From assembly GCA_964390145.1 (NCBI GenBank), contig CAYMHB010000003.1:3145-67144 (forward strand): a stretch of 64,000 bases of DNA. Reading direction: 5' to 3'. This document shows, one piece after another, positions 9,564 to 19,355 of the stretch. A program made the translations under genes and the position numbers. The stretch's first letter is position 1, and each line of letters starts with the position of its first letter. Below the pieces are notes generated by a model, which saw only the letters and a program-made list of their open reading frames with translations, was not told the origin of the DNA and made no database searches. The stretch comes from an uncultured Oscillospiraceae bacterium (GTDB lineage Bacteria > Bacillota > Clostridia > UMGS1883).

Positions 9564-10300
9564 GTTCGTGTTTTTCTGATTCCTTCCAAAATATATTCCC
9601 TTGCCAGAACAGCCTTCTCAACAGGAAGGGCTGGTAAATCCTTAAGCGGATAATCAATACCAAGTTCCTTATATTTGGAAACTCCCATTGTATGATAGGG
9701 GAGAACATCAAGCGCACTGACATTTGTAAGTGTTCCGATAAATTCGCCTAAACAGATAAGCGCATCTTTATCATCTGTGATGCCTTCAATAACGATATGC
9801 CTTATCCACACGGGAACATTATTCTTCTCAAGGAATTTTGCAAAATCAAGCACCGATTCGTTTTTGTGTCCCGTAAGATTCTTATGCATTTGGGAATCAA
9901 TATGCTTAATATCAAGCATAACAAGGTCAGTGTGATTGATCAGTAATTCAAGTTTTGCTATATACTCGGGTGTATCGTTATAAGTAATACCCGAAGTATC
10001 AATGCATGTATGAATACCCTCTTCTTTTGCTTTTATGAAAAGTTCAGTCAGAAAGTCAATCTGCAGCAGCGGTTCGCCGCCTGTTACAGTAATACCGCCA
10101 TCTTTGTAAAAAGGACGGTTTTTATTATACTGAGCTATAATTTCATCTGCAGTAGTTTCTTTCCCCGTACCGATTTCCCACGTATCGGGATTATGACAGT
10201 AGGCACAGCGCATAGGGCATCCCTGCATAAATACAACAAGTCTTATCCCGGGACCGTCAACTGTACCGAAACTTTCGGTTGAATGTATATAACCCTTCAT
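9548..10300 (-). CDS. pflA: pyruvate formate-lyase activating enzyme (radical SAM)
   Basis: It carries the radical SAM motif CPMRCAYCHNPDTW. It is adjacent to pflB. Its ATG overlaps the upstream stop codon (TGATG). Confidence 0.9.
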   Translation of the reverse strand: MKGYIHSTESFGTVDGPGIRLVVFMQGCPMRCAYCHNPDTWEIGTGKETTADEIIAQYNKNRPFYKDGGITVTGGEPLLQIDFLTELFIKAKEEGIHTCIDTSGITYNDTPEYIAKLELLINHTDLVMLDIKHIDSQMHKNLTGHKNESVLDFAKFLEKNNVPVWIRHIVIEGITDDKDALICLGEFIGTLTNVSALDVLPYHTMGVSKYKELGIDYPLKDLPALPVEKAVLAREYILEGIRKTRTKKEQ

Positions 10301-10542
10301 CAGATACTATCGTGGAATGTTCTTGATATAACTTCATCCTGCTGCTCTTTTGTAAGCTTGATGAAGTTAACTGCATATCCGCTTACCCTTACAGTAAGCT
10401 GAGGATATCTTTCGGGGTGTTTCTGCGCATCAAGAAGAGTCTCTTTTGTGAAAACATTTACATTAAGGTGGTGACCGCCTTTTTCAACATAACCGTCAAG
10501 GAGAGACACCAAGTTGTCAATCTGGTTTTTTGTTGCTGCCAT
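10300..10542 (-). CDS. stand-alone glycyl-radical domain (GrcA/YfiD-like), equal to the detached C-terminus of PFL
   Basis: The 80-aa product contains HHLNVNV...[31 protein letters not shown], which is the PFL glycyl-radical signature RVxGY. It has its own AAAGGAGG RBS. Confidence 0.85.
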   Translation of the reverse strand: MAATKNQIDNLVSLLDGYVEKGGHHLNVNVFTKETLLDAQKHPERYPQLTVRVSGYAVNFIKLTKEQQDEVISRTFHDSI

Positions 10543-10560
10543 AAACTTTTCCTCCTTTAA

Positions 10561-12660
10561 TTAGTCTGCATCAAGCCCCTGCAAAAGTGTGGGGGAGATG
10601 CATGCCCCATTTGCACAGTCAAAATTAACTTCAAGGTCGCCAAGGAAGATTCTGTCATCCTTGCCGAGTGCATCGGGAATAATTGAAAATGTATTTGAAA
10701 TACCGTCCTGCGCGTCAACAAAAGGAAGTTTCGCAACACTGGCAAGTGAAGCAACTGCGCCGCTTGTATCCCTTCTGTGCATAGGATTAGCGCCGGGAGC
10801 AAAGGCTTCGCCTTTCTTACGGCCGTCAGGTGTAGCGCCTGTATTCTTGCCGTAAACAACATTAGATGTAATTGTAAGAATCGATGTTGTAGGAATACTT
10901 TCGCGATATGTGGCGTTCTTTCTGATATGTTTCATAAACTTATGAACAACATCATATGCGATAGAGTCAACTCTGTCATCGTCGTTTCCGTATTTGGGGA
11001 AATCACCCTCAACCTCGTAATCAACGGCGATTCCTGCCTCGTTACGGATTGTCTTAACCTTTGCATATTTGATTGCTGAAAGTGAATCTACAACAACGGA
11101 AAGACCTGCAATACCTGTCGCAAACCAGCGTGTAACCTTCTTGTCGTGAAGTGCCATCTGGATTTTTTCGTAACAGTATTTATCGTGCATATAATGGATT
11201 ACATTAAGTGTATTTACATAAACGCTTGCAAGCCATTCCATCATATGGTCGTATTTTTCCATAACCTCGTCAAAATCAAGGTATTCGGTTGTCACGGGAC
11301 GGTAACGGGGAGCAACCTGCTGCCCTGAAATTTCGTCAACACCGCCGTTAATTGCATAAAGAAGACATTTTGCAAGGTTTGCTCTTGCGCCGAAGAACTG
11401 CATTTCCTTGCCGACTCTCATCGAAGATACACAGCAGGCGATAGCGTAGTCGTCACCGTGCACAGGTCTCATCAAATCATCGTTTTCGTACTGAATTGAA
11501 GATGTTTCGATAGAAAGCCTTGCACAATATCTTTTGAAATTGAGAGGAAGTCTTGTTGACCACAAAACAGTAAGATTCGGCTCAGGCGCAGGACCAAGGT
11601 TTACGAGTGTATGCAAGTAGCGATAACTCATCTTTGTAACCATATGTCTGCCGTCAAGCGCAATACCTGCGATGGATTCCGTAACCCACTGAGGGTCGCC
11701 CGAGAAAAGTGAATTGTACTCAGGTGTACGCGCAAACTTTATAAGACGAAGTTTCATTATGAAATGGTCAATCATTTCCTGAATTTCTTTTTCAGTATAT
11801 GTGCCGTTCGCAAGGTCACGCTCTGCATAAATATCAAGGAAAGTAGAGGTTCTTCCAAGTGACATTGCCGCACCGTTTTGCTCCTTAACTGCGGCAAGAT
11901 AACCAAAGTAGAGCCACTGAATTGCTTCCTTGGTATCCTTTGCGGGTACAGAAATATCAAAACCGTAGGAAAGTGCCATTGCTTTTAAATCTGAAAGGGC
12001 GCGAACCTGCTCTGAAAGTTCTTCTCTGTTACGAATTGTGTTTTCGTTCATAACTGAGCCGGTTGTTTCTTTCTGATTCATCTTATCCTTTATAAGAAAG
12101 TCAACGCCGTAAAGAGCAACTCGTCTGTAGTCGCCGATAATTCTTCCGCGACCGTATGCATCGGGAAGACCTGTGATAATATGACTTGAACGGCATGCCC
12201 GCATTTCGGGAGTATAGACATCAAAAACACCGGCGTTATGGGTTTTTCTGTGTCTCGTGAAAAACTCTTTAACTTCGGGATCTATTGTATATCCGTTATC
12301 TGCACACGCTTTTTCAGCCATACGAATACCGCCGTAAGGCATAAGAGCACGTTTGAAAGGCTTGTCCGTCTGAAAACCGACTATTGTTTCTTTATTCTTA
12401 TCAAGATAAGCAGGACCATGAGAGACAATTGTGGATATGGTTTCGGTGTCCATATCGAGTACTCCGCCTGCCTCACGCTCTTTTTTAGAGAGTTCGAGCA
12501 CTTGCTCCCAAAGGTCTATTGTGTTTTGAGTAGGTGATTCAAGGAATTTTTCATCATCATCATATGGGGTGAAGTTCTGCTTTATAAAGCTTCTGACATT
12601 AACTTCTTTTTCCCATACGCCTCCATTGAAACCTGCCCAGAATTCAGAATTGGTATACAT
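10561..12660 (-). CDS. pflB: pyruvate formate-lyase catalytic core, lacking the glycyl-radical domain
   Basis: It reads as PFL throughout, including the active-site [11 protein letters not shown] similarity ends at ...PDALGKDD, and 30 unrelated codons and a TAA stop follow. Confidence 0.9.
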   Translation of the reverse strand: MYTNSEFWAGFNGGVWEKEVNVRSFIKQNFTPYDDDEKFLESPTQNTIDLWEQVLELSKKEREAGGVLDMDTETISTIVSHGPAYLDKNKETIVGFQTDKPFKRALMPYGGIRMAEKACADNGYTIDPEVKEFFTRHRKTHNAGVFDVYTPEMRACRSSHIITGLPDAYGRGRIIGDYRRVALYGVDFLIKDKMNQKETTGSVMNENTIRNREELSEQVRALSDLKAMALSYGFDISVPAKDTKEAIQWLYFGYLAAVKEQNGAAMSLGRTSTFLDIYAERDLANGTYTEKEIQEMIDHFIMKLRLIKFARTPEYNSLFSGDPQWVTESIAGIALDGRHMVTKMSYRYLHTLVNLGPAPEPNLTVLWSTRLPLNFKRYCARLSIETSSIQYENDDLMRPVHGDDYAIACCVSSMRVGKEMQFFGARANLAKCLLYAINGGVDEISGQQVAPRYRPVTTEYLDFDEVMEKYDHMMEWLASVYVNTLNVIHYMHDKYCYEKIQMALHDKKVTRWFATGIAGLSVVVDSLSAIKYAKVKTIRNEAGIAVDYEVEGDFPKYGNDDDRVDSIAYDVVHKFMKHIRKNATYRESIPTTSILTITSNVVYGKNTGATPDGRKKGEAFAPGANPMHRRDTSGAVASLASVAKLPFVDAQDGISNTFSIIPDALGKDDRIFLGDLEVNFDCANGACISPTLLQGLDAD

Positions 12661-12867
12661 TAGAATTCCCTCTTTCAGCCATAGTAAGTATGAAAAACAT
12701 TACTTTAATATAAACTAATATGTGCGACAAAATATGAAAGAAAAAATCACATATTGTCACACACAAAATTATAGCATATTTTTTTCGTCAAGTAAATAGT
12801 TAATTTACTCTAAAAACGAAACTTCTGAAAGAATTTATATATATAATATATACAAGTTTTCCTGAAA

Positions 12868-13851
12868 TCATTTTATCGGGGTTTTGATTAATGCTTCAAC
12901 AAATTTTGCCGTATTTTCAAGGTCATCACGGCATACAATTTCATTTGCACTGTGGATGTATCGCGTGGGAATAGAAATAGTTCCCGCAGGAATTCCGCCG
13001 CCTGCCGTGTGAATTGCCCCTGAATCTGTACCGCCGAAACTTGCCGCTTCAAGCTGGAAAGGAATACCGCTTTTATTCGCCGCGTAAAGAAGTATATCTT
13101 TCACCTTTTCGTGAATGATGAAGGAAGCATCTTTAATTTTTATTGCGGGACCCTTTCCAAGCGTCAGATTAAGTTCCATCGATTCTGGCGTATCTCCGAC
13201 ATTTGAAACATCAACCGCAACCGCAATATCGGGATTTATCTGTGCCGCTGCAGTTTTTGCACCGCGACAGCCGACCTCTTCCTGAACGGTAAATACTGCA
13301 TAGACATCGTTTTGCGTTTCGTTTACATTTTGCATCGCACGGATGAGAGTCCAGCAGCCGACACGGTCATCAAGAGCCTTTGCCATGATTTTGTTTCCTA
13401 TAAGTGCGAAATTACCGCCGTAGGATGCCATATCTCCGATTTGTACGCGCTTTTCTGCATCTTCTTTGTTTTGCGCACCGATATCTATATACATCTTTTC
13501 AAAACCGACGGATGATGGGTTTTCCTTATTTTCGTAAGAGATTTTACCCTTTTCTCCGCTTGTAAACTCAACTGTTGAGTTTATGCTGTTGTATTTCAAT
13601 ATACCACCGATAGTTGAAAAACGAAGAAAGCCCTTGTCGTCAATATAATTTACCATAAAGCCGATTTCGTCCATATGTGCCGCAAGCATCAGTTTTTTAC
13701 CGTTTCCTTTTTTATGGCATATAAGGTTTCCGAGAGTGTCAGTGTATATTTCATCACAAACATCTTTCAGTTCTTCGCGTATAATATCAGTTATAGCGCT
13801 TTCTCTGCCTGAAGGAGAAACGCACAGTGTAAGTTTTTCTAAAAGTTTCAT
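12868..13851 (-). CDS. M42 family metallopeptidase (TET/FrvX-like aminopeptidase), paralog 3
   Basis: The motifs are HMDEIGFMV, DDRVGC and VQEEVGCRGA. Confidence 0.85.
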   Translation of the reverse strand: MKLLEKLTLCVSPSGRESAITDIIREELKDVCDEIYTDTLGNLICHKKGNGKKLMLAAHMDEIGFMVNYIDDKGFLRFSTIGGILKYNSINSTVEFTSGEKGKISYENKENPSSVGFEKMYIDIGAQNKEDAEKRVQIGDMASYGGNFALIGNKIMAKALDDRVGCWTLIRAMQNVNETQNDVYAVFTVQEEVGCRGAKTAAAQINPDIAVAVDVSNVGDTPESMELNLTLGKGPAIKIKDASFIIHEKVKDILLYAANKSGIPFQLEAASFGGTDSGAIHTAGGGIPAGTISIPTRYIHSANEIVCRDDLENTAKFVEALIKTPIK

Positions 13852-14864
13852 ACGAGATTGCTCCTTTCGATGCTTCCCAGTACTGATTTTGCAAGAAGAT
13901 ATACACTTTTTGCATCTTCAGTATGCATAACACTGACGGGGGAGTGAATGTATCTGCACGGCACAGCAAGAACGGCTGTTTTTACGCCATATCCGCTACG
14001 CTGAATAACACCTGCATCGGTGCCACCCATAGTCGTCTTTTTGATTTGCAGTTTTATACCGTTTTCTTCTGCTGTTTTCATAATAAAATCATAGTAGCCT
14101 TTGTCAGAAATCGCCGTACCGTCAGCGGCTGTCATAACTGCACCTGCGCCGAGGTTTGTTACCTGATTGTGCTTTTTACTGCCATACACATCGGAACAGG
14201 TTGTACCCTCAATAACAAGCGCAATATCGGGTTTTATCCTGTTTGCGACAATGTTTGCTCCGCGACAGCCAACCTCTTCCTGAACTGTAAAACAGAAGTA
14301 AATATCACTATCGTAATCTTCCTTCATAAGCTCAAGCAGAATTGCGCAACCCACTCTGTCATCGAGAGCCTTGCTTTTAACAAGATTTTCTCCGAATGGA
14401 GTATATTCTCCGTCAAATACGGCATAGTCACCGAGAGATACAATTTTCTCGGCGCTTTCCTTGTCGCTTGCGCCAATATCAATATATAAATCCTTGATTT
14501 TAGTAGGAGACTTTGCTTCATCGTCCTTTTGAAGATGAACTGCCTTTGTGCTTATAATTCCGGGAATTTTGTCCTTACCAATCAGTATTTTTTTACTGCC
14601 CAAAACGGCAGTTTCGATACCGCCGAGAGTTTCAAAACGTAAAAAACCCTCGTCAGTAATTCCCGTGATTATGAAGCCAACCTCGTCCATATGAGCCGCA
14701 ATCATAACCTTTTTGCCGTTACCTTTTTTGTGGCATATAAGATTCCCCATGGAGTCGGTAAATACCTCGTCACAAATCACGCGTTCACGGATAAAATCGC
14801 GTACCTCGTCCTCAAATCCCGAGGGAGCATTAAGTGATGTTAATTCCTTTACCAGCACAGGCAT
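13848..14864 (-). CDS. M42 family metallopeptidase, paralog 2
   Basis: The motifs are HMDEVGFII, DDRVGC and VQEEVGCRGA. It overlaps the downstream paralog by 4 nt. Confidence 0.85.
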   Translation of the reverse strand: MPVLVKELTSLNAPSGFEDEVRDFIRERVICDEVFTDSMGNLICHKKGNGKKVMIAAHMDEVGFIITGITDEGFLRFETLGGIETAVLGSKKILIGKDKIPGIISTKAVHLQKDDEAKSPTKIKDLYIDIGASDKESAEKIVSLGDYAVFDGEYTPFGENLVKSKALDDRVGCAILLELMKEDYDSDIYFCFTVQEEVGCRGANIVANRIKPDIALVIEGTTCSDVYGSKKHNQVTNLGAGAVMTAADGTAISDKGYYDFIMKTAEENGIKLQIKKTTMGGTDAGVIQRSGYGVKTAVLAVPCRYIHSPVSVMHTEDAKSVYLLAKSVLGSIERSNLV

Positions 14865-15883
14865 TCACCCTCTTTCAAAGAATCTGCAAACGCACTAATG
14901 ATTTTTGCCGTGTTTTCCATATCATCGGTATCGGCAACCTCAAAATTACCGTGCATATATCTTACAGGAACACTTAAAAGTGCAGTAGGAATACCTTCGC
15001 CTGAAACCTGAATTTCCCACGCGTCTGTACCTGTGTTTGATGCACAAACTTCAAGTTGGAGGTCAATCTTATCACGCTTTGCAATCGAAATGATTTCACG
15101 AGTCATTTTGGAATGAAGATTAGGTCCGATTGTAATGACGGGACCTTTACCGCAGGGGAATGCATCCTCTGACACACCGGGACTTGTCCCGTGACACACA
15201 TCAAGTGCAATTGCACACGAAGGCTTAACATTAAATGCCGCAGTCTTTGCGCCGCGAAGTCCGACTTCCTCCTGAACGGTTGCAATGGCAATAATGTCAT
15301 TTTCAATCTTTTTATCTTCAAGAAGGTCAAGCACTCTTAAAATTACGGCGAGCCCGCCGCGGTCATCAATACAGCGCGATGCGACTTTATTGCCTGCAAG
15401 CTTTGTAAATCCTGTATTAAATGTGATTATATCTCCAATTGAAACCTTTTTCTCGGTATCATCTTTTGAAAAACCTATATCAACGCACAGTTCGTCAAGT
15501 TTTACGGCTTTGCTTCTGTCAGTTATAAGATGGGGAGGTTTAAATCCTATTACGCCGAAAAGCTTTTCACGTCCCCAAACAGTAACTTCTGTACCGGGGA
15601 GAATTTTGGCGTCAATACCACCGATGGGAATAAATTTAAGACTTCCCTCATCGGTAATGCCGCTAACCATAAGTCCAAGCTCGTCCATATGAGCCTCAAT
15701 CATAAGAGATGGGGCAGAGGGGTTTGTGCCTTTTCTGATACCGATTACATTTCCGAGATTATCGGAAGTGATTTCACTGCAGAATCTGGAAAATAGATTT
15801 TTCACACACTCACGGACGTTCTTTTCGTGACCGCTGACACCAAATTCGCCATCAAGAATTTTCAGATATTCAGTAACTGTCAT
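14849..15883 (-). CDS. M42 family metallopeptidase, paralog 1
   Basis: The motifs are HMDELGLMV, DDRGG and VQEEVGLRGA. It overlaps the next paralog by 16 nt. Confidence 0.85.
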   Translation of the reverse strand: MTVTEYLKILDGEFGVSGHEKNVRECVKNLFSRFCSEITSDNLGNVIGIRKGTNPSAPSLMIEAHMDELGLMVSGITDEGSLKFIPIGGIDAKILPGTEVTVWGREKLFGVIGFKPPHLITDRSKAVKLDELCVDIGFSKDDTEKKVSIGDIITFNTGFTKLAGNKVASRCIDDRGGLAVILRVLDLLEDKKIENDIIAIATVQEEVGLRGAKTAAFNVKPSCAIALDVCHGTSPGVSEDAFPCGKGPVITIGPNLHSKMTREIISIAKRDKIDLQLEVCASNTGTDAWEIQVSGEGIPTALLSVPVRYMHGNFEVADTDDMENTAKIISAFADSLKEGECLCW

Positions 15884-15887
15884 ATAA

Positions 15888-17267
15888 TCAGTCCTTCAAA
15901 TTCATAACTATTTCTTTAAATAAATTGCCGCGTTCTTCAAAGTTTTTGAACATATCGAAACTTGTACTTGCATTGGAAAGGAGAACGATATCTCCCTCTT
16001 TTGCAGCGTTTTTAGCGCAATCAACCGCTTCTTCATATGTTGTGCAGAACTGTGTCGGAATATCCTTGCCAACGCCTGTTTTTTCTGCATACTTATCGAG
16101 CGCATCCTTAATAAGCGGACCTGTTTTTCCTATAAGAACAATATGTTTTGTCTTTGTTGCAAGAGCCTCACCAATTTCATCGTACGGGATTCCCTTGTCC
16201 TTGCCGCCTGTGATAAGGACAACTTTATCAAATACTTTGAGGGTGTTAATTGTTCTGTTGGGACTTGAGTCGATAGAGCTGTTGTAATATTTTACGCCGT
16301 TAAGCTCGCGTACAAACTCAATTCTGTGAGGAACACCGCCAAAAGTTTGTGCGACTTTTTTTACCGCATCTTCTTTGTAGAGAGGGGAGGTTGCAGCTAT
16401 GGCTGTCATATAGTTCTGAACATTGTGTTCTCCGGGGAGAATAATATCTTTCTTATCAAGCAGCTTTTTTCCGAATGCATATATGCTTTCGCCGTCAGAA
16501 TAGACATCGCAGTCTTTATCATAACCAAAAACGCGGACTTCCCCGTTTGCACTGTCTTTGCATTTGTAAGACTTGTCGTTTGCCTTATTTACAACAAGAA
16601 CGCTGTTTTTATCTGCGTGCAGATATATGTTACGCTTTGCCTCAATATATTCTTCATACGATTTATGCATATCAAGATGATTGGGAGTAATGTTAGTAAC
16701 TGCCGCCACATCGGCACTCTTTTGCATTGTGTGAAGCTGGAAACTTGAAAGCTCAAGCACAACTAAATCATCGGGAGAAATATCGCTTGTATTGCAAAGC
16801 AGCGGATTGCCGATATTTCCGCCAAGGTGGCACTTATAGCCGCTTTCGGTAAGTATCTTGTGAACAAGGGTAGTGGTTGTTGTCTTGCCGTCGCTACCTG
16901 TAATTGCAATAATTTTTGCGGGACAAACTTCAAAGAAAACTTCCATCTCGCTTGTGATGATGCTTCCGTTTTCACGCGCTTTCTGAAGCTGGGGGAGATC
17001 AAAACGCATTCCGGGTGTTTTGAATATAATTTCACCTGACAGGTTGTCAAGATAATTTTCACCGCAGTTGAGTTTTACGCCAAGAGATTCCAGCTCTTTC
17101 CCGATTTCTCCAAGGTCTTCACTTGACTTTTTGTCACACGCAGTTACGATTGCACCGTTCTCAGAAAGAAATCTGATAAGCGGAAGATTGCTTATACCGA
17201 TGCCGACTACTGTTATATTTTTCCCGTTCACATATCTTTTAAAAGATTCAAATTTAGAACTACTCAA
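15888..17267 (-). CDS. murD: UDP-N-acetylmuramoyl-L-alanine--D-glutamate ligase
   Basis: It has an N-terminal Rossmann-like VVGIGISN motif and the Mur ligase P-loop ITGSDGKTTTT. The apparent start is a TTG with AGAGGGA upstream. Confidence 0.9.
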   Translation of the reverse strand: MSSSKFESFKRYVNGKNITVVGIGISNLPLIRFLSENGAIVTACDKKSSEDLGEIGKELESLGVKLNCGENYLDNLSGEIIFKTPGMRFDLPQLQKARENGSIITSEMEVFFEVCPAKIIAITGSDGKTTTTTLVHKILTESGYKCHLGGNIGNPLLCNTSDISPDDLVVLELSSFQLHTMQKSADVAAVTNITPNHLDMHKSYEEYIEAKRNIYLHADKNSVLVVNKANDKSYKCKDSANGEVRVFGYDKDCDVYSDGESIYAFGKKLLDKKDIILPGEHNVQNYMTAIAATSPLYKEDAVKKVAQTFGGVPHRIEFVRELNGVKYYNSSIDSSPNRTINTLKVFDKVVLITGGKDKGIPYDEIGEALATKTKHIVLIGKTGPLIKDALDKYAEKTGVGKDIPTQFCTTYEEAVDCAKNAAKEGDIVLLSNASTSFDMFKNFEERGNLFKEIVMNLKD

Positions 17268-17278
17268 GTTTATCCCTC

Positions 17279-17896
17279 TTATCTGATAAAATTTGTTCTG
17301 ATTTTTTCTTCTGCAGCAGGCTTTTTAACGCCTGCCTCGGCGCCTTTTTCTATACACTTAAGAATCCACGCCATATTTTTACCAATGGAGCGCATAACCT
17401 GCATACCCTCAAGGTCCTGCACTGTTTCTTCAGGCGTGTTTCCGTGTACCATTGACCAATACTGACCGTTTACAATGGGCATTTCGTTAATTTCGGGGTA
17501 TTTAAGAAGTTGGTCAAGAGTTGCTGTGGAACCACCGCGTCTGCAACTTGCGACAACGGCACAGGGCTTATGCTTGAGGAGAGATGAACTACTGTAAAAC
17601 AGTCGGTCAAGGAAAGATGTCATCATTCCCGACATAGCGGCGTAATGAACGGGAGACCCAAAAACAAATCCGTCTGCATCAGAAACAAGCTTTATTGCCT
17701 CGTTGACACAGTCGTCTGTTATGCATTTGCCGTTTTTTTTGCAATAACCACAACCAAGACAACCTTTTGTAGCCGTACCTGCGTGGAAAATTTCAGTTTC
17801 TATACCTTCCTTATTAAGCTCTTTTTCGATTTCACAAAGTGCTGTGTATGTGCAGCCGTTTTTCTTTGGACTACCGTTAAAAAGAATAACTTTCAT
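17279..17896 (-). CDS. flavodoxin-family / NADPH-dependent FMN reductase-like protein with a Cys cluster
   Basis: The N-terminus is MKVILFNGSPKKNGCT. The Cys cluster is GCLGCGYCKKNGKC. Confidence 0.75.
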   Translation of the reverse strand: MKVILFNGSPKKNGCTYTALCEIEKELNKEGIETEIFHAGTATKGCLGCGYCKKNGKCITDDCVNEAIKLVSDADGFVFGSPVHYAAMSGMMTSFLDRLFYSSSSLLKHKPCAVVASCRRGGSTATLDQLLKYPEINEMPIVNGQYWSMVHGNTPEETVQDLEGMQVMRSIGKNMAWILKCIEKGAEAGVKKPAAEEKIRTNFIR

Positions 17897-17916
17897 TAAA
17901 AAACAACCCTTTCAAA

Positions 17917-18957
17917 TTATGGATTACAGTTTCCGCAAACTTTATACCCTAAATTTATAGCTTCCTCGCGCGAGGCAAAGTCTATTCTGTTATTTTCTGA
18001 AGGCAGATTTGCACAAGCTTCGCTGTGAAAAACCATGGATTTCATATTGCCGATATAAACTGTTTCAATGGGTGAAGATTTATTCTTCTTAAATTCTTCA
18101 CCGGATGTTTTCTTCAGCGTTTTTCCGTCAGTTCGAAAAACTACAGTTCCATCCTTGTAAGTTTGATACACTGTCGAAGAAATATCATTAAGTCGTTTTA
18201 TTGTTTCATCGTGCGGATGACCGTATGAATTACCTTCACCACACTGAATTACGCTTACACTGGGAGATACAGCATTTAAAAAAGCGGCAGATGAGGCATA
18301 TCTGCTTCCGTGATGGCCGACCTTAAGGATGTCTGCGTCAATCAGTTTTTTGTTTTTCAGAAGTTCAGCTTCAACACTTCTTTCAGCATCACCCGTAAAG
18401 AGTGCTTTTATATTTCCGAACTGCACAGTAAATACCAGCGAGTTATTGTTCTCATCTTCAGTAAGCTCTTTGGGTGAAAGAAACTTTATACGAAAATCAC
18501 CTATTTCATATACACAGTCCAAATCAGGAATTGTGGGGCAGATGTCTTTTTCAGCCAGCACATCTACAAACCTGTCATAATGGAAACCCGTTACTTCCTC
18601 ACCGTTTATAAATACTGTTTCAACATCAATAGAGGAGAGAACTGTTGCTGCTCCTCCCATATGGTCTTCGTGCGGATGCGTTCCAATAAAATAGTCGATG
18701 CAATCCACACCCAGTTCTTTCAGATATTTGTAGATTACACTACCGCTGTTATAAGTTCCTGAGTCTATCAGAATATTTACATCTTCACTTTGTATAAAAA
18801 TGCAGTCTCCTTGTCCGACATCGATAAAATGAAATACAGCCTCACCGGGAACGGCAACCAGCTCGTTTTTCGGCGTGAAAAATTTTGCGAGATAAACAAA
18901 CGACGAAAGTATAAGGGCCACTATAAGAATTATGATTGCGCTTGTGCGTTTATTCAT
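17917..18957 (-). CDS. membrane-anchored MBL-fold hydrolase (ComEC/Rec2 beta-lactamase-domain-like) with a C-terminal Cys-containing tail
   Basis: It has the HPHEDHMGG (HxHxDH) motif and an N-terminal TM helix. The C-terminus is HSEAC...CGNCNP. I placed the start at the ATG at 18957, which has GGGTGG upstream. The track ORF begins at a GTG at 18966. Confidence 0.75.
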   Translation of the reverse strand: MNKRTSAIIILIVALILSSFVYLAKFFTPKNELVAVPGEAVFHFIDVGQGDCIFIQSEDVNILIDSGTYNSGSVIYKYLKELGVDCIDYFIGTHPHEDHMGGAATVLSSIDVETVFINGEEVTGFHYDRFVDVLAEKDICPTIPDLDCVYEIGDFRIKFLSPKELTEDENNNSLVFTVQFGNIKALFTGDAERSVEAELLKNKKLIDADILKVGHHGSRYASSAAFLNAVSPSVSVIQCGEGNSYGHPHDETIKRLNDISSTVYQTYKDGTVVFRTDGKTLKKTSGEEFKKNKSSPIETVYIGNMKSMVFHSEACANLPSENNRIDFASREEAINLGYKVCGNCNP

Positions 18958-19013
18958 ATTAACCACCCATCAAAAGTTAAAAAAGGCCTGACGAGCTGTC
19001 AGGCCTTGAAAGT

Positions 19014-19277
19014 TCATTCTGCAAAGTTGGATTCAACAAGAGTTGCCAATTCTTCGATAGCTGCATCTTCATCTGCACCGTCAGCAGTCAAAGTCACAAC
19101 AGTACCGCGTGTGATACCTAAATATAAAACGCCTAAAAGACTTTTTGCATTCACCTTGCGTTCATCTTTAGAAATCCAGATAGATGAGCTAAACTCATTT
19201 GCCTTCTGTATAAAGAATGTTGCAGGGCGCGCATGCAAGCCTACCTGATTCTGCACAACAACCTCTTTTGAAACCAT
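19014..19277 (-). CDS. ptsH: HPr-family phosphocarrier protein
   Basis: MVSKEVVVQNQVGLHARPA places His15, and KSLLGVL places Ser46. An AAGGAG RBS is present. The track ORF is extended upstream beyond the real start. Confidence 0.9.
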   Translation of the reverse strand: MVSKEVVVQNQVGLHARPATFFIQKANEFSSSIWISKDERKVNAKSLLGVLYLGITRGTVVTLTADGADEDAAIEELATLVESNFAE

Positions 19278-19311
19278 AAAAATATTGCTCCTTACTAAAA
19301 ACTTGTATATA

Positions 19312-19340
19312 ATTATATATCTTTTTAAACTATTAGTCAA
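19312..19340 (-). promoter_or_regulatory. sigma-A-type promoter for the HPr gene
   Basis: On the minus strand the elements are TTGACT, a 17-nt spacer, and TATAAT. Confidence 0.55.
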
Positions 19341-19355
19341 CAAGTTTTTGCAAAA

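Noticed and set aside
10543-10653. A group I/II intron or an intein interrupting pflB.
   Set aside because: At 111 nt the insert is far too short for a self-splicing intron or an intein. It also carries an explicit stop codon, SD and ATG, which fits two separate translation products instead.
12786-12791. TTGACG as the -35 element of the pflB promoter.
   Set aside because: It lies only 12 nt from the TATAAT, which is too short. The promoter is better read as an extended -10 (TGCTATAAT).
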